Shown here one piece after another: positions 37,545 to 48,169 of a stretch of DNA of 64,000 nucleotides. A program made the position numbers and the translations under genes. Location: IMG/VR virus record IMGVR_UViG_3300026116_000006; one strand, given 5' to 3'. Source of the stretch: an uncultured virus (IMG/VR IMGVR_UViG_3300026116_000006). Lineage: Duplodnaviria > Heunggongvirae > Uroviricota > Caudoviricetes. Numbering within the stretch: position 1 is the first letter of the stretch; every line of letters begins with the position of its first letter. Below the pieces are notes generated by a model. It was not told the origin of the DNA, searched no databases, and saw only the letters and a list, made by a program, of their open reading frames with translations.

Positions 37545-39674
37545 CTATAAAAACTTGCCATCTTGTTGAGCGCGGTAGCGTCCGAGTCCCATGCGCCAGA
37601 AGCTGCCGACGTCCTGGCTGAAATACTCGAGCGCGACCAGACGGCCACGAAAGCGCGGCGTGATGTACTTCACGCCCGAATCGATCACGAACGGCCCGAA
37701 GGTTGTCTGTTGGTCATTGGGATACTCGGCCACCTGGAAGAAGAGCTGCAGCTGGGCATTAGCGGCGGCGGGCAACTGACCCCAGCGCATGTCGGGCCAG
37801 TATTGATCGACGAACATCAGCACGTCAGCTTCGCTCATCGCGAAGTAGCCAGTCTGGAAACCCGAGATCAGGGCCTGTCCATCGGCATCGTTGCTGGTCT
37901 CGTGCTGGTAGATGAAGTTGTTGGTTGGGTCGGTGCCGATTGGCGGGCCCAGCACCGACTGATTGATCCAGGCCGAGCGGCCGACATTGGTGCCGGCGTT
38001 CGCGGCCATGTCCCAACCGCCGGTCACGACATTGTACTTCACGTAGCTGTCGCACTCGCCATCGGTCGCGTTGACCGACGGGAACATCCACATCACTTCG
38101 TTGAAGTAGCTGTTGGTGCAGCAGCGGATGTTGTCGGTGAAGGACGGGTTGAGGTTCTGGAACACGAAGTCCCAGACCGAGCACGGGATCGGCTGTACGC
38201 CGTTGCCCGACAGCATGAAGAACTGCGACTGGCTCATCCAGTAGACGACATCGTGCAAGGTGCCGACCGCCTTCTGGGCGATGCAGCCGCAATTCTCGGC
38301 GATCTCGTTCCACGAGTAGACGTCGGAGCCGCCGACGAACTGACCTGACCAGACGGCAAGATCGGTGATGAAGATCAGCTGCTGGGCCATCTGTAGCCCG
38401 GTGACGATCTTCGAGCCGCGCGGGATGCGGAAAGAGCCGGCGAGGTTCTGCGGCGTCGCCGTCCAGGTGAAGAAGTCATTGGCGTCGCAGTAGCGGATCA
38501 GGAGCGGATCCTGGATGCCGGTCGCGGTCGAGCCATAGGCCACGATCTGGCGCTGGGGCATCGCGACAAAGATGCCCTCGTTGGCGACCGGCGCCTGCGG
38601 GATCACCACAGCGGTCGGGGTCGTGCCTGTCGGATCCCAGTAGTAGATCGGCCCACCGATGCGGGTCGTGCCGTCGGGTGAACCGAACAGCGTCTTGCGC
38701 GGGCTTGCGATCAGGAGCGAGCCCCAGTTGTCGAGCGTCCAGTCATAGTTGACCATCGGCGAGCCCTGGTTCGCCGTCGGCGTCGTGCCCGTGCCATAGC
38801 CGCCGATGCCATAACCGCCCGCGCCGTATCCCGAGCCCTGCGGCAGCGCGCCGAAGGCGAGATAGAAATCGTAGCGCGCATTGCCGCCATTGATCGCGGT
38901 CGGCCCGGCGCTCGAGCTGGCGGTCTGCTGGGCCAGGATCGTGAAGTTGCTGGCGTCGACGATCTGCTGGACGGTGTAGTCGCCCTGCAAGGTGACGCCG
39001 CCCAGGGTGGTCTGGATCATCACCGGGAAATCATCGCCCGGCGACAAGCCGTGGTTGGGCAAGGTGACGGTGACGACGTTGGAGCCCGAGGTCGTGGTGA
39101 ATTTCTCGACCACGCCGCCAGCCGTCACGTTCGAGGTCGGGAAGATCGGATTGCCGAACTGATCGACCAGCGCGATCTCGAAAGAGTTTGGGCCGACCAG
39201 GATGCAGGGATAAAAGCCGAACAGGATGACGCCGCCGACGCTGATATGCGTCTGGATGAACACCGAATCAAAGCTGGTGATGTTCGATCCGGTGTCATCG
39301 ATGTCGACGATGTTGCTGGCCGTGCTGGTGGTGACCGAGACGGCAGGATTGTCGGCAACGACTCGAGGGGTGATGGTGAGCGATGAGCTGGGTGTCATCA
39401 CCAGCAAAGGCCCGCCCAAACTTCCGGTGTCGACGCAGCCCGCGGCCAGCCATTTGTTGGCGTTCACATCCTGCCAGCCATGCAGCGCCCGGCAGATCGA
39501 TGGCAGGGCGTTGGGGAACCAGCGCGTCCAGCCGCCCAACTTCTGAATCAAGGGCTGACCCGTCGTGTCGACCAGGAAGCGGATCAGCTGGCTTGCGCTG
39601 ATCGCCGCCTGATTGAGCGTCGGCGTCTTCTGGATGTCCGTGGTCGGTAGGAGCTGGACGCTGAAGTGGGGCAT
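37545..39674 (-). CDS. tail nozzle / head-stabilisation protein
   Basis: QKLGGW N-terminus, WTLDNWG, AGSFRI, C-terminal PRFRGR...WRMG..RY.AQQDG. Confidence 0.75.
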   Translation of the reverse strand: MPHFSVQLLPTTDIQKTPTLNQAAISASQLIRFLVDTTGQPLIQKLGGWTRWFPNALPSICRALHGWQDVNANKWLAAGCVDTGSLGGPLLVMTPSSSLTITPRVVADNPAVSVTTSTASNIVDIDDTGSNITSFDSVFIQTHISVGGVILFGFYPCILVGPNSFEIALVDQFGNPIFPTSNVTAGGVVEKFTTTSGSNVVTVTLPNHGLSPGDDFPVMIQTTLGGVTLQGDYTVQQIVDASNFTILAQQTASSSAGPTAINGGNARYDFYLAFGALPQGSGYGAGGYGIGGYGTGTTPTANQGSPMVNYDWTLDNWGSLLIASPRKTLFGSPDGTTRIGGPIYYWDPTGTTPTAVVIPQAPVANEGIFVAMPQRQIVAYGSTATGIQDPLLIRYCDANDFFTWTATPQNLAGSFRIPRGSKIVTGLQMAQQLIFITDLAVWSGQFVGGSDVYSWNEIAENCGCIAQKAVGTLHDVVYWMSQSQFFMLSGNGVQPIPCSVWDFVFQNLNPSFTDNIRCCTNSYFNEVMWMFPSVNATDGECDSYVKYNVVTGGWDMAANAGTNVGRSAWINQSVLGPPIGTDPTNNFIYQHETSNDADGQALISGFQTGYFAMSEADVLMFVDQYWPDMRWGQLPAAANAQLQLFFQVAEYPNDQQTTFGPFVIDSGVKYITPRFRGRLVALEYFSQDVGSFWRMGLGRYRAQQDGKFL

Positions 39675-40408
39675 CAGGCCGCCTTCGGCATCGGCCCGCG
39701 ATTGGGCGTCGCCGCGATCGCCGGGCTCTTCGACGTCCAGGCCGGGCCTTCGAATTTCTTGCGTGCCTCCTCGATCATCGTCGAGGCCTTCATCGTCTGG
39801 TAGTAGCTCTCCCACGAGGTGGCCATCTGCGGATCGTCCGACATGCGGCCGAAGTTGCGCTGGTAGCCCGAGATGAAGACCATCGAGGCCGCGATGAAGA
39901 TGTGCGGCAGGTAGAGCGAGATGAAGGTCGTGTTGTTGGTGGCGCTGAGGCTGGCCGGGCGCGTCGTGCCGATGATCTCGAGGCCGTAGGCGAGATTGGG
40001 GAACGGCCCGAACAGGAGCTGGAACTGGCCCAATACCGCGACCTTGTTCGGCACGCCATTGTCGGTGTTGTCAGGATGCAGGAACTGCAGCACCTCCTTC
40101 GACACAGGCGTGCAGGGATTGCGCTTGCCGAAGTCGGGGTTGGTCGTGCCTGAGGGCGTCAGCACGTTCACGTTCTCAATCGTGACGAAAGTACCTACAG
40201 GTACATTCACGGCCTGTCTGAGCGGCATGGTCGAGAACGACGTGTTGGGCTGCTGGTTGGCCAGCATGTCGAGGTCCTGGCAGATCCGAAGCTCGGCATT
40301 GTCGATCATGCTCGAGAGGATCGACTGGAAGTTCGGATCAGAGGTCTGGGTGACGGCAAGCGTCGCCATGACCGTCTGGTAGGAATTGTAGTCGAGGCCG
40401 ACGACCAT
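39674..40408 (-). CDS. head-tail adaptor protein
   Basis: IDNAELRI, GPFPNLAY.LEI, PASLS.TN.TTFIS; TAATG coupling. Confidence 0.7.
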   Translation of the reverse strand: MVVGLDYNSYQTVMATLAVTQTSDPNFQSILSSMIDNAELRICQDLDMLANQQPNTSFSTMPLRQAVNVPVGTFVTIENVNVLTPSGTTNPDFGKRNPCTPVSKEVLQFLHPDNTDNGVPNKVAVLGQFQLLFGPFPNLAYGLEIIGTTRPASLSATNNTTFISLYLPHIFIAASMVFISGYQRNFGRMSDDPQMATSWESYYQTMKASTMIEEARKKFEGPAWTSKSPAIAATPNRGPMPKAA

Positions 40409-40611
40409 TAGGGACACGCGCTCCTGAACGCAGCATTGGCATTGCGGACCTGACCGATCGTGGAAGCGGTGTCGTCGTTGCCGTGGAACTTGATGGGCAT
40501 GAACGGCCGCATAGCCTCACATCCAGCATCGAGCTTCGATGCGCTGGGCCGCGGCGCCTGGGCGGCGCAACTAGCGAGGACGAGCGTTAGGCCCATCAAG
40601 ATTATCCTCAT
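40408..40611 (-). CDS. putative o-spanin lipoprotein
   Basis: MRIILMGLTLVLASC lipobox, two further Cys; overlaps the upstream TM gene. Confidence 0.7.
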   Translation of the reverse strand: MRIILMGLTLVLASCAAQAPRPSASKLDAGCEAMRPFMPIKFHGNDDTASTIGQVRNANAAFRSACP

Positions 40612-40768
40612 CGGCACGGATCGCCTCCTGCGAGGGGTCGACCTTTTTCGCCGCCTCGGTGGCGGCTCTCACTCTGCCGAGAGGGTCATCCGCCGGCTTG
40701 GGCCGGCGGATGAGCTTCCATAGAAAATCCCCTACCACGCCCAGCAGCGCAAGGAGCTAAGCAGGCAT
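40571..40768 (-). pseudogene. putative i-spanin with in-frame TAG at codon 4
   Basis: ATG CCT GCT TAG then LLALLGVVGDFLWKLIRRPK...; ATG coupled (TAATG) to the upstream stop. Confidence 0.5.
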
Positions 40769-41247
40769 TACTTCCGCTGGGTCGCCGCGTTCGACAGGAT
40801 CTGACGGGCCTGATCGACCGACATGCCGACCGCCTTGGCGCGTGCCTGGGAGGCGGGGATCACGAGACCGACCGCGGCCTCGATGAACGGGATGATGACC
40901 TGGGCGGCGGCCACGATGGTGCTGATCGGCGGCGGCAGCGGGACCGAGCCCAGCGCCGCTAGGATCTTGTTGAAGGTGTCCTCGATCTGCTGGACCAGGG
41001 GCGCCGCCGAGGTGTCGCTCCACGAGCCCTGCAGCGAGGAGGCAAAGCCCTTGATGTCGGCGACGTAGGTGCCGATCTGCGCCAGGAGGTCGGATCCAAC
41101 GATGTTGAGCGGACCCAGATTGGCCAGCATGGTCTCGAGACCATTGGCCAGATTGAGAGCATCGGTGATGCCCTGCTTGAAGTTGGCGCTGAAGGTCGCG
41201 CAGCCCGCGAGCGCGGTGCTGCCGAGGAGGAAACTACGACGTAGCAT
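40768..41247 (-). CDS. lipoprotein with Tat-like signal
   Basis: MLRRSFLLGSTALAGC. Confidence 0.7.
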   Translation of the reverse strand: MLRRSFLLGSTALAGCATFSANFKQGITDALNLANGLETMLANLGPLNIVGSDLLAQIGTYVADIKGFASSLQGSWSDTSAAPLVQQIEDTFNKILAALGSVPLPPPISTIVAAAQVIIPFIEAAVGLVIPASQARAKAVGMSVDQARQILSNAATQRK

Positions 41248-42004
41248 TGGCGCTCTCCGTGTTGCTGCGTACCGTCCAGCAATCGCTGGCATGCTTGACG
41301 AGATAGTCGAGGGGCAGCTTGAACCAGCCTCGATCACCCCAGCCCTCACCCCAGGAATTAGGCCCTGAAGCCTGTTCAGCCCGGCGCTGGATCCTGAACA
41401 CCGACATGGCGTGCTGGCCGACCGGCGTCTGACCCCAGGTCGGCATGGTGATGTTGCCGGTCTCGGCTGCCTCATCGCTCTCGAATTGCGGGTAGACCGG
41501 AATACCGATGCAGAACGGTCGGCCGACCATCAGGGCCGTGCACATCGCCGGGACCGTGCTCTCGACCTTGCCGAAGTCGGAGGCGAAGATCCGCGGTGCC
41601 TTGAGGGATCTGTCGATCGGCTGCAAGACGTTGCTGTACGGCCAGATTTCCTCCGCTACGACGCCTTGCTGGGCGGCCACGGCCACGACGTCGCGCAGCT
41701 GACGGCCGACGTCTGAGGTGTCGCCTTCCAGTTCGCCAGAGAGGGTGTAGAGCCACGCGCGGGACAGGATCGTGGGCGGGAGCCCATTCACGATCATGTT
41801 GTACTCGAGCAACTCGGGGACCGCATTGCAGGTGCAGGTGCCGTACAGGCCCTGGTCGAAGATCGGCGGCGCCCATTGCCGGAGATTGAGGTCATCGGGC
41901 ATCAACGACAGCGGCATGTAACGCGCTGGTGAGAACCACGAGGCCTTGAACTTGGGATCGTCGACGCCCTTGCGATCCGGCTTCCAGCCATAGCCGCGCT
42001 TCAT
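41234..42004 (-). CDS. papain-like (C1A) cysteine peptidase
   Basis: YGWKPD, DQGLYGTCT (Q/C), GQHAM (H), NSWGEGWGDRG (N). Confidence 0.9.
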   Translation of the reverse strand: MKRGYGWKPDRKGVDDPKFKASWFSPARYMPLSLMPDDLNLRQWAPPIFDQGLYGTCTCNAVPELLEYNMIVNGLPPTILSRAWLYTLSGELEGDTSDVGRQLRDVVAVAAQQGVVAEEIWPYSNVLQPIDRSLKAPRIFASDFGKVESTVPAMCTALMVGRPFCIGIPVYPQFESDEAAETGNITMPTWGQTPVGQHAMSVFRIQRRAEQASGPNSWGEGWGDRGWFKLPLDYLVKHASDCWTVRSNTESANATS

Positions 42005-42447
42005 GCGACCTTCGCTTGGCTCTCCGTCACAACCTTGGTGACGGTCGGATCGTCGGCCAGTGTCTTCAGGCCGTTCGATGGGGTGTCGGAAATGACGACT
42101 TGCTTGACGTCGGGGAGCTGCTGGACGGCATTGACCTTGATCTCTTCGGGTAGCCGGTCGGCGAGACGGTTCAGGGTGTCATTCGACACTCGATCGAGAA
42201 CAGCCTGCTGTCCTGCATCATCGAGCTTGTCGAAGCTCGCAGCCTTGCCCGTGTCGGTCTGATCCGATGTGCGCTTGATCGCCCCGATGACGAACACACC
42301 GAGCGCCGCGGCTGCGACCACGATGCCGGTAACATATCCAACTTGTGCGGAGCCAAGACCGATGGCGCTGAGGAGCCCAGCGAGAAGGCCAATCCCGACC
42401 GGCACGTCGAGCAATAGCGACTTGATGACGTCGAGATTGACCTTCAT
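42001..42447 (-). CDS. putative holin / two-TM protein
   Basis: Two N-terminal TM segments; adjacent to the endolysin. Confidence 0.55.
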   Translation of the reverse strand: MKVNLDVIKSLLLDVPVGIGLLAGLLSAIGLGSAQVGYVTGIVVAAAALGVFVIGAIKRTSDQTDTGKAASFDKLDDAGQQAVLDRVSNDTLNRLADRLPEEIKVNAVQQLPDVKQVVISDTPSNGLKTLADDPTVTKVVTESQAKVA

Positions 42448-42495
42448 ACGCCGCCCCCGCGGAATAGTGCGAGAGCCAATACCAGAAAAAAGCCC

Positions 42496-42996
42496 TTAGG
42501 CCCAGCGGCTGATCTCCTTGGACACGATCGTCCAGTTCTGCATGTACTGGGTGACGGTCGCGGCGCCTGCGGGCGTGTTGTAATACTGCTTGTAGTAGTG
42601 GGCTTGCGCGAGCGTGTCGTCGACGGCGGGCAACGGAGCAGCCACCCGGTAGTAATGGATTCGCGCCATCGCGCAGGCGAAATAGAGGTTACCTTCGAGC
42701 TGCACCGCGAGAGGTTTCAGCGGCATCGTTAGATTGGTGACGGCGACCAGGAACAGGTCGTTTCGGTCATCTAGCCAATCGAGGTGACTTTGCAGCGTCA
42801 CAGGCTCCATCTGCCAGATCCCGCGCGCGGGGCCCGAAATCTGGGTGAGCCACGTCCCGCACTCGCTCTCCTGCATCGCCGTGCCGAGCAGCAGCTGCGC
42901 TGCCGCGAGGCCTTTGCTGGGAAGATCACTCGGCAGGCTGAGCCGGTTGAGAACCGGATAGATGACGCAATCCAGCAGCTGCTGCGGATTGATCAA
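42496..42996 (-). CDS. putative endolysin, lysozyme-like fold
   Basis: LLLGTAMQES...GPARGIWQMEP...ARIHY...YYKQYYNT..G. Confidence 0.75.
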   Translation of the reverse strand: MINPQQLLDCVIYPVLNRLSLPSDLPSKGLAAAQLLLGTAMQESECGTWLTQISGPARGIWQMEPVTLQSHLDWLDDRNDLFLVAVTNLTMPLKPLAVQLEGNLYFACAMARIHYYRVAAPLPAVDDTLAQAHYYKQYYNTPAGAATVTQYMQNWTIVSKEISRWA

Positions 42997-43319
42997 TGAC
43001 GCCTCGCACCCGTCTTGCGCGGCGGATCCTTGCTGTCAGCGGCTTTGTCGGGCGAATTGGATCCGGGCGGATCTTCGGACAGCGGCGCCGGAGGCGTGCC
43101 GGGCGGCTTGGCATTGGGGCCATAGCCTGCCGCTGCAAGTGCCATGTCGCCCTGGCCGCGGATTGAATCGATCAGCTGCTGGACCTCGACATGCGGCCGT
43201 TGGCCAAGGCAGCCCAGGACGTAGTTGATCTGCGCCACCGAAAGCGCGATCGAAATCACATAATCCTGCGGAATAGCGGGTGGGCCCTGCGGCGGCACAG
43301 GCGGGGTCGGGTTGGTCAT
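42993..43319 (-). CDS. hypothetical protein, possible fibre chaperone
   Basis: LSVAQINYVLGCLGQRPHVEVQQLI, common after fibre genes. Confidence 0.55.
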   Translation of the reverse strand: MTNPTPPVPPQGPPAIPQDYVISIALSVAQINYVLGCLGQRPHVEVQQLIDSIRGQGDMALAAAGYGPNAKPPGTPPAPLSEDPPGSNSPDKAADSKDPPRKTGARRH

Positions 43320-43340
43320 GAAGCCTCCTCGTTCAGGCCA

Positions 43341-44126
43341 TCATGGCCCGAGCTGCACGTAAAATCCAGCCAGCACGGTCGAGCTGCCGCTGGTGCTCGA
43401 GATCGTATTGTTGGCCGGGCTCGAGGGATAGATCTTATAACCAATCGACGTGTACTGAGGTGATGTGAACGAAGCGTCGGCCGTGGGCGACATCACGAGG
43501 TTCACCACACCGGTCGGCGAATTGATGAAGACAGTGTTGATGCCTACGACAAGGAGCGGCGCGGTGCCGCTGCCTGCGGTGATGGTCTGATTGGCCGGGG
43601 TCGTGGCGCCCGAGAGATCGGAAGCATTGACTACGCTTGCCGGTGTGCCCCAGGTGCCGCTCGACTTCGACCAGATGACGGCGAGCGCGTCCTCGGCCTG
43701 ATTGCCCGACATGACCGAAAGCGTGGTCTCGCTACCGGTCAGCACCTTGAAGAAGAAATTGAAGCGCTGATGTTGTCCGAAACCTGTGCCGGTGTCCGTC
43801 GTGCTGAGCTGCGTGAAACCGGACGGCACCACACTGGTCGGCGTCGTCGTGTCATCAGAACAGAGATTGGCGATGACGCAAAAGTCGCCCGCCGCGATAC
43901 CGAGGCCTGACAGATTGATCGTCGTGCCTGTCGAGCTGACATGGTTCCTGATGGCAATCGTGCGCGTACCACTGAGCTTCGGCGGTCCGATCACGAAAGG
44001 CATGTGCGCGGGCTGAACGAGCTTCTTTTCAGGAACGAACAGCCCGTTGCGTGAGACATAGGGGGCTGGGTGCGAGACAGGAAGCGCCAGCGCCGCGATC
44101 GTCGAGGCGAGAAGAAACTTCCTCAT
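43341..44126 (-). CDS. putative tail-associated beta-sandwich protein
   Basis: S/T/G-rich, GIAAGDF..I, P.GFT; follows the fibre gene. Confidence 0.6.
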   Translation of the reverse strand: MRKFLLASTIAALALPVSHPAPYVSRNGLFVPEKKLVQPAHMPFVIGPPKLSGTRTIAIRNHVSSTGTTINLSGLGIAAGDFCVIANLCSDDTTTPTSVVPSGFTQLSTTDTGTGFGQHQRFNFFFKVLTGSETTLSVMSGNQAEDALAVIWSKSSGTWGTPASVVNASDLSGATTPANQTITAGSGTAPLLVVGINTVFINSPTGVVNLVMSPTADASFTSPQYTSIGYKIYPSSPANNTISSTSGSSTVLAGFYVQLGP

Positions 44127-45997
44127 GTCGAGCTATCGCCGCCCAGCACGTAAGTGTCGGTCGAGCCCTGATAGACCAGCGTCAGCACGCTGTACTGTGC
44201 GCGCGTCTTGAGGCCATTGGAGCTATGCAGCGTCGCAGTGCCGCCGACCGTTACCTGCCCGACGCCGATCTGGATGATGTGGCACCAGAAGCCTGCGGTC
44301 AGGCCTGTATTTACGGACACAGCGATCGCTGATGCGTTGTTGCAGGTGATCGTCTTGCCGTTGTCGGAATTGACCACGGTGTAGGTCGTGCCGCTCTGGG
44401 CATTGACGTTGCCCGAGGTGACGACATGCGTGAGCGCGCTGATCGGCTGGGTGGTCGAGATCCCGCCCGAGGCCCAGGTGCCGGCATCCGGCATCGTGAC
44501 GGTGCCGGAGAAGGTCGGCGACGCGAGCGGCGCCACGCCGGTCAGCGTATTCGAGGCAAAGGCGATGGTCTTGTTGGTGAGGGTCTGGGCAGCAGCCAGC
44601 AGCGCGAACGTATCATTCGCCGCTGGGACATGAACGGTGAAGTTCGACGCGCCGCTGTTGTCGCTGGTGAAGGTCGTCACACCAGTTGAGCTGCCCTTCA
44701 ACAACAGATCGCTGTTGGTGAAGGTCTGGGCCGCTGTCCAGGTCTGCGCCGTGCCGAGCACGGCCAGTGTGTCGTTGACGGCGGGGAAGGTCAGCGTGAA
44801 GTTCGATGCGCCAGCATTGGCGCTGGTGAAGACCGTACCGCCCGTGCTCGAGCCCAGCAGCTTGATGTCGCTGTTGGTGAAGGTCTGCACGGCCGTCCAG
44901 GTCTGTGCCGTGCCGAGCACCGCGACCGTGTCGGTCGCGGCCGGAAACGTCAGGGTGAAATTGGACGCACCCGCGTTTGCCGAAGCAAAGGTCGTGAGGC
45001 CAGTGGAAGAGCCCTTGAGCAGGATCCCACTCGCGGGGAACGTCTGCGCCGCAGTCCAGGTATTAGCGTGCCCGAGATTGATGTCGAAGGTGAGCGTGCC
45101 CGAGCCCGTGATCGGGCTGCCACCGAGCGTCATCGTCGAGCCCGGCGTGCTAGTCGCAACCGACGTGACAGTGCCGGCGCCGGCCGGGGTCGCCCAGGTG
45201 CCGTCGCCGCGCCAGAAGGTCGAGCTGGTGGCGCCCGTGCCGCTGTTGAGATTGCCGACTGGCAGATTGCCCGTGACGCCGGTCGTCAGCGACACATTGG
45301 TGATGGTGTTGCTAGCGCCACTGATCGTCTTGTTGGTGAGCGTCTGGGTCGCGGCGATTAGCGCCAGCGTATCGGTCGCGGCCGGAACGGTGAGCGTGAA
45401 ATTCGAGGCGCCGGCATTCGCCGACGACAGCGTCGTGGCGCCCGTGCTCGAGCCCCTGAGCGCGATCGCGTTGAAGGCATAGGTCTGGACCGCGGTCCAG
45501 AGATTGGCGTTGGCAAGGTTGATATCGACGTTGATCGTGCCCGACGTCGTCACCGGATTGGTGCCGCCGAGGTTCAAGGTCGAGTTTGGCGTCGCGAGCC
45601 CGACGCTGGTGACCGAGCCGCCGGCCGACAGCGCTGTGATCGTGATCGTGCCAGGGCCCGGCGTGACCGAGATGCCCGAGCCTGCCGTCAAGGTGGAGAG
45701 GCCCCAGTTGCCAGAGTTGCCGATCAGAAGCTGACCGTTGGCTGGTCCTGATGTGATGCCTGTGCCGCCCAGGCTGATCGGCACGGTCGTGAGCGAGATC
45801 GTCGAAGTGCCGGGATTGTAGCTGAGCGGCGCGGTGGCCGTGAGCGCAAGTGAGGAGGGGAAATTGGCCTGGACGTAGGCGCCGATCTGCGCCGCGGTGA
45901 CGCGCGCATCGGCGCCCTGCTGGACCATCCAGAATTGCTCTGTGCCCGCGAGGCCGACCCCTGCCGGTAGTCCAGGGATATTGTTGAACGCACTCAC
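44123..45997 (-). CDS. tail fibre with internal repeats
   Basis: Four copies of L.GSSTG.T...[24 protein letters not shown] motifs. Confidence 0.8.
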   Translation of the reverse strand: MSAFNNIPGLPAGVGLAGTEQFWMVQQGADARVTAAQIGAYVQANFPSSLALTATAPLSYNPGTSTISLTTVPISLGGTGITSGPANGQLLIGNSGNWGLSTLTAGSGISVTPGPGTITITALSAGGSVTSVGLATPNSTLNLGGTNPVTTSGTINVDINLANANLWTAVQTYAFNAIALRGSSTGATTLSSANAGASNFTLTVPAATDTLALIAATQTLTNKTISGASNTITNVSLTTGVTGNLPVGNLNSGTGATSSTFWRGDGTWATPAGAGTVTSVATSTPGSTMTLGGSPITGSGTLTFDINLGHANTWTAAQTFPASGILLKGSSTGLTTFASANAGASNFTLTFPAATDTVAVLGTAQTWTAVQTFTNSDIKLLGSSTGGTVFTSANAGASNFTLTFPAVNDTLAVLGTAQTWTAAQTFTNSDLLLKGSSTGVTTFTSDNSGASNFTVHVPAANDTFALLAAAQTLTNKTIAFASNTLTGVAPLASPTFSGTVTMPDAGTWASGGISTTQPISALTHVVTSGNVNAQSGTTYTVVNSDNGKTITCNNASAIAVSVNTGLTAGFWCHIIQIGVGQVTVGGTATLHSSNGLKTRAQYSVLTLVYQGSTDTYVLGGDSST

Positions 45998-46254
45998 GTA
46001 ATAATCTTCCCGTTCACGACCAGGGGCCCGGTGTAGGGCACGCTCGTAAAAGCTCGAGGCACGCCTGGAGATCCAGCGATCGAGGCCGGCACGCTGGGAT
46101 CCGTGCCAGGATGCGTGTTGAGGCCGCCCGGCGCTTCACCCGTAGGCTGGTTGACCATGATGTTGCCGGTGAGCGTCGTCATGATCTGGCCCGAGATCAC
46201 GGGGAGTCCCGTGACCGGGTCGATGAAGTTGCCGAGGGTGATCATCATGCCCAT
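45994..46254 (-). CDS. hypothetical protein
   Basis: Coupled ORF in the structural module. Confidence 0.55.
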   Translation of the reverse strand: MGMMITLGNFIDPVTGLPVISGQIMTTLTGNIMVNQPTGEAPGGLNTHPGTDPSVPASIAGSPGVPRAFTSVPYTGPLVVNGKIIT

Positions 46255-46526
46255 CAGGCTTCATCCTCGTCAAAGAACTCTGGCCGAGGATTGCGGATCG
46301 GCACGGGATCCGCCGGCAGGATGATGGCTCGCAGCTGCTGTTGCGGCTTGTCGTAGCAGCGCGAGCAGACAAGCAGCTGCTTGTTGATCAGAGCATTGCC
46401 CGCCCAATCGAACTGGAAACGCAGACGATCGTGGTTGAACCAGAAGCCGCAGCGATCGCAGACGCCGAAAGCCCTCGGATTGCGGGCACTGGCTCGAGCG
46501 CGGCCGGCTTTGGAGGCGTAGCTCAT
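46254..46526 (-). CDS. small CxxC-CxxC structural-module protein
   Basis: A.GVCDRCGF...VCSRCYDKPQ...DP.PIRNPRP. Confidence 0.7.
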   Translation of the reverse strand: MSYASKAGRARASARNPRAFGVCDRCGFWFNHDRLRFQFDWAGNALINKQLLVCSRCYDKPQQQLRAIILPADPVPIRNPRPEFFDEDEA

Positions 46527-47224
46527 CACATCCTCCAATAACCGCTGAGCTGCGGGCTGATGTAGATGTTCGACGTCTCGACGTCCTGATTCGCAGCAGT
46601 GGCGTAGCTCGATTGCGCGAAGACGAGCAGGTCCTTCACCCGAGGCGGGTTCCAGGCGCGCGCCAGCTCGACGGCGTAGGCATCGATGAAAGCGGGCAAC
46701 CAGCGCGCGGGCATGTCCTCCTGGATGCTGCCGCCCAGCACGCTATCCTGGATCTGGCGCAGCCAGAAATAGACGAGATTGGTGCTCGAGGTGCCGTCAG
46801 GCACGTTCCAGACGGTGACGCTGGGATTGATCTGGCGATTATACCAGTAGACCGTCGGACGCCCTTGCGCCTGCTTGTCGGGGTAGGTCGCATACTCCGA
46901 TCGGCTGATCGGCGTCATGATGAGGTCGGTCGTGATGCCGGTCGGCCCGACGAGCTGGGCGTAGGTGTCGAGCATGACGATACAGCTGGGGTCGATGCTG
47001 TAGGTCGCCTGACCCTGCACCCATGGCACCGCGGTTGGGCCGACCACCTTCCACAGGTTCACACCCTTGTTCGACCAGTCGAGGCACACCTTGTTGGCGG
47101 CGATCGCGGCGTAAGCCAGATGCTCCTGAATGATCTCGGTGCGACGAATGCCTGCAAGGTTGTAGCAGAACAACGTCATGTCGCCGAGGCTGGGATTGAA
47201 GGTGTAGGTACCGCTGGTGGCCAT
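46526..47224 (-). CDS. head-tail connector / adaptor
   Basis: MATSGTYTFN, WSNKGVNLW, ISRSEY..YPDK..QGRP. Confidence 0.7.
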   Translation of the reverse strand: MATSGTYTFNPSLGDMTLFCYNLAGIRRTEIIQEHLAYAAIAANKVCLDWSNKGVNLWKVVGPTAVPWVQGQATYSIDPSCIVMLDTYAQLVGPTGITTDLIMTPISRSEYATYPDKQAQGRPTVYWYNRQINPSVTVWNVPDGTSSTNLVYFWLRQIQDSVLGGSIQEDMPARWLPAFIDAYAVELARAWNPPRVKDLLVFAQSSYATAANQDVETSNIYISPQLSGYWRM

Positions 47225-47231
47225 GCTGCAC

Positions 47232-47780
47232 CTAATCCATTGCCGTCAGCGACCAGGACCCCGTGAATACTGTGCCAGGAACGGCGCTATCAGGCAGACC
47301 GCGGATGGAGGCGATCGCGCCGACGACGTTGCGCGCCCACATCAGGTTGATGAGATTGTAGCTATCGTCAGCTTGCGTGCCGCTCCCTGTGCCATAGGCT
47401 TTGAACATCCGGTCGGTAGCACCGATGTCGATCGTCATGAAGATCGAGATCGGCTTGGCCCCGCCTGTCGTCCCAGACCAATGGATGTTGAAAAAATTGC
47501 TGTTGGGGCTCGTCGCTGAATTGGATCCGGCAACAGCAAGGTAGTGGCTGGCGGTATCAGGGCTCGAGCCATCGGCATTGACGGAGGTCTGCCAGTTCAA
47601 TCCCTGGCCGTCGGCTTGCACGGCATTGCTGGTGTACGAGACCCAGAGCTGGAATTTCGTGTGACCTGCGGGAAACGGGATGACGGGATTGGCCGCGGCC
47701 GTGAACGTGCCGTTGGTCGTGCCGCCCCCGCTGCCGCCTCCCAGGCCACCTACAAGGCCATTACCAATCGAGAGGCCCAT
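47232..47780 (-). CDS. putative virion accessory protein
   Basis: G-rich N-terminus, beta-rich body. Confidence 0.55.
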   Translation of the reverse strand: MGLSIGNGLVGGLGGGSGGGTTNGTFTAAANPVIPFPAGHTKFQLWVSYTSNAVQADGQGLNWQTSVNADGSSPDTASHYLAVAGSNSATSPNSNFFNIHWSGTTGGAKPISIFMTIDIGATDRMFKAYGTGSGTQADDSYNLINLMWARNVVGAIASIRGLPDSAVPGTVFTGSWSLTAMD

Positions 47781-48127
47781 CAGCGCGGCCCATTGCTATA
47801 CTGTACGACGGTCATGGTGACCGTGCCGGTGCCGCTGTTGAGCAGGACGCGCACAAAAATCGGCGCGAACATGAAGTTCGTCTGCTGCGTCGTCGTGGCG
47901 TTCACGACATTGGTGTCGTTGCTGTTGACCCATGTCATCGAGCCCGCAGCCACCGGGTTGGTCGGCGAATTCGGGTCGTCCATCGTCGACTGGACCGTGT
48001 AATTCACGGTGCCGCTGACGTTGACCTGGATCCCGACTAATCCTGGCGCCCACTCATCGAGACGCACCAGCGGGCTGGCCGTGCCGCCCACGGCGTTAGG
48101 GCCGACAGAGACGGTCACAGGCCGCAT
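47780..48127 (-). CDS. putative virion protein
   Basis: 115-aa beta-rich ORF. Confidence 0.65.
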   Translation of the reverse strand: MRPVTVSVGPNAVGGTASPLVRLDEWAPGLVGIQVNVSGTVNYTVQSTMDDPNSPTNPVAAGSMTWVNSNDTNVVNATTTQQTNFMFAPIFVRVLLNSGTGTVTMTVVQYSNGPR

Positions 48128-48169
48128 CGCTACCTCGCAGAGAAGAAGAGCCCCCGAAGGGGCCCTCCG

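Noticed and set aside
40757..40759. Genome-wide TAG reassignment
   Set aside because: Long late genes are open in the standard code, several genes end in TAG, and no suppressor tRNA was seen
24924..45997. Diversity-generating retroelement acting on the tail fibres
   Set aside because: No reverse transcriptase and no adenine-variable repeat pair seen
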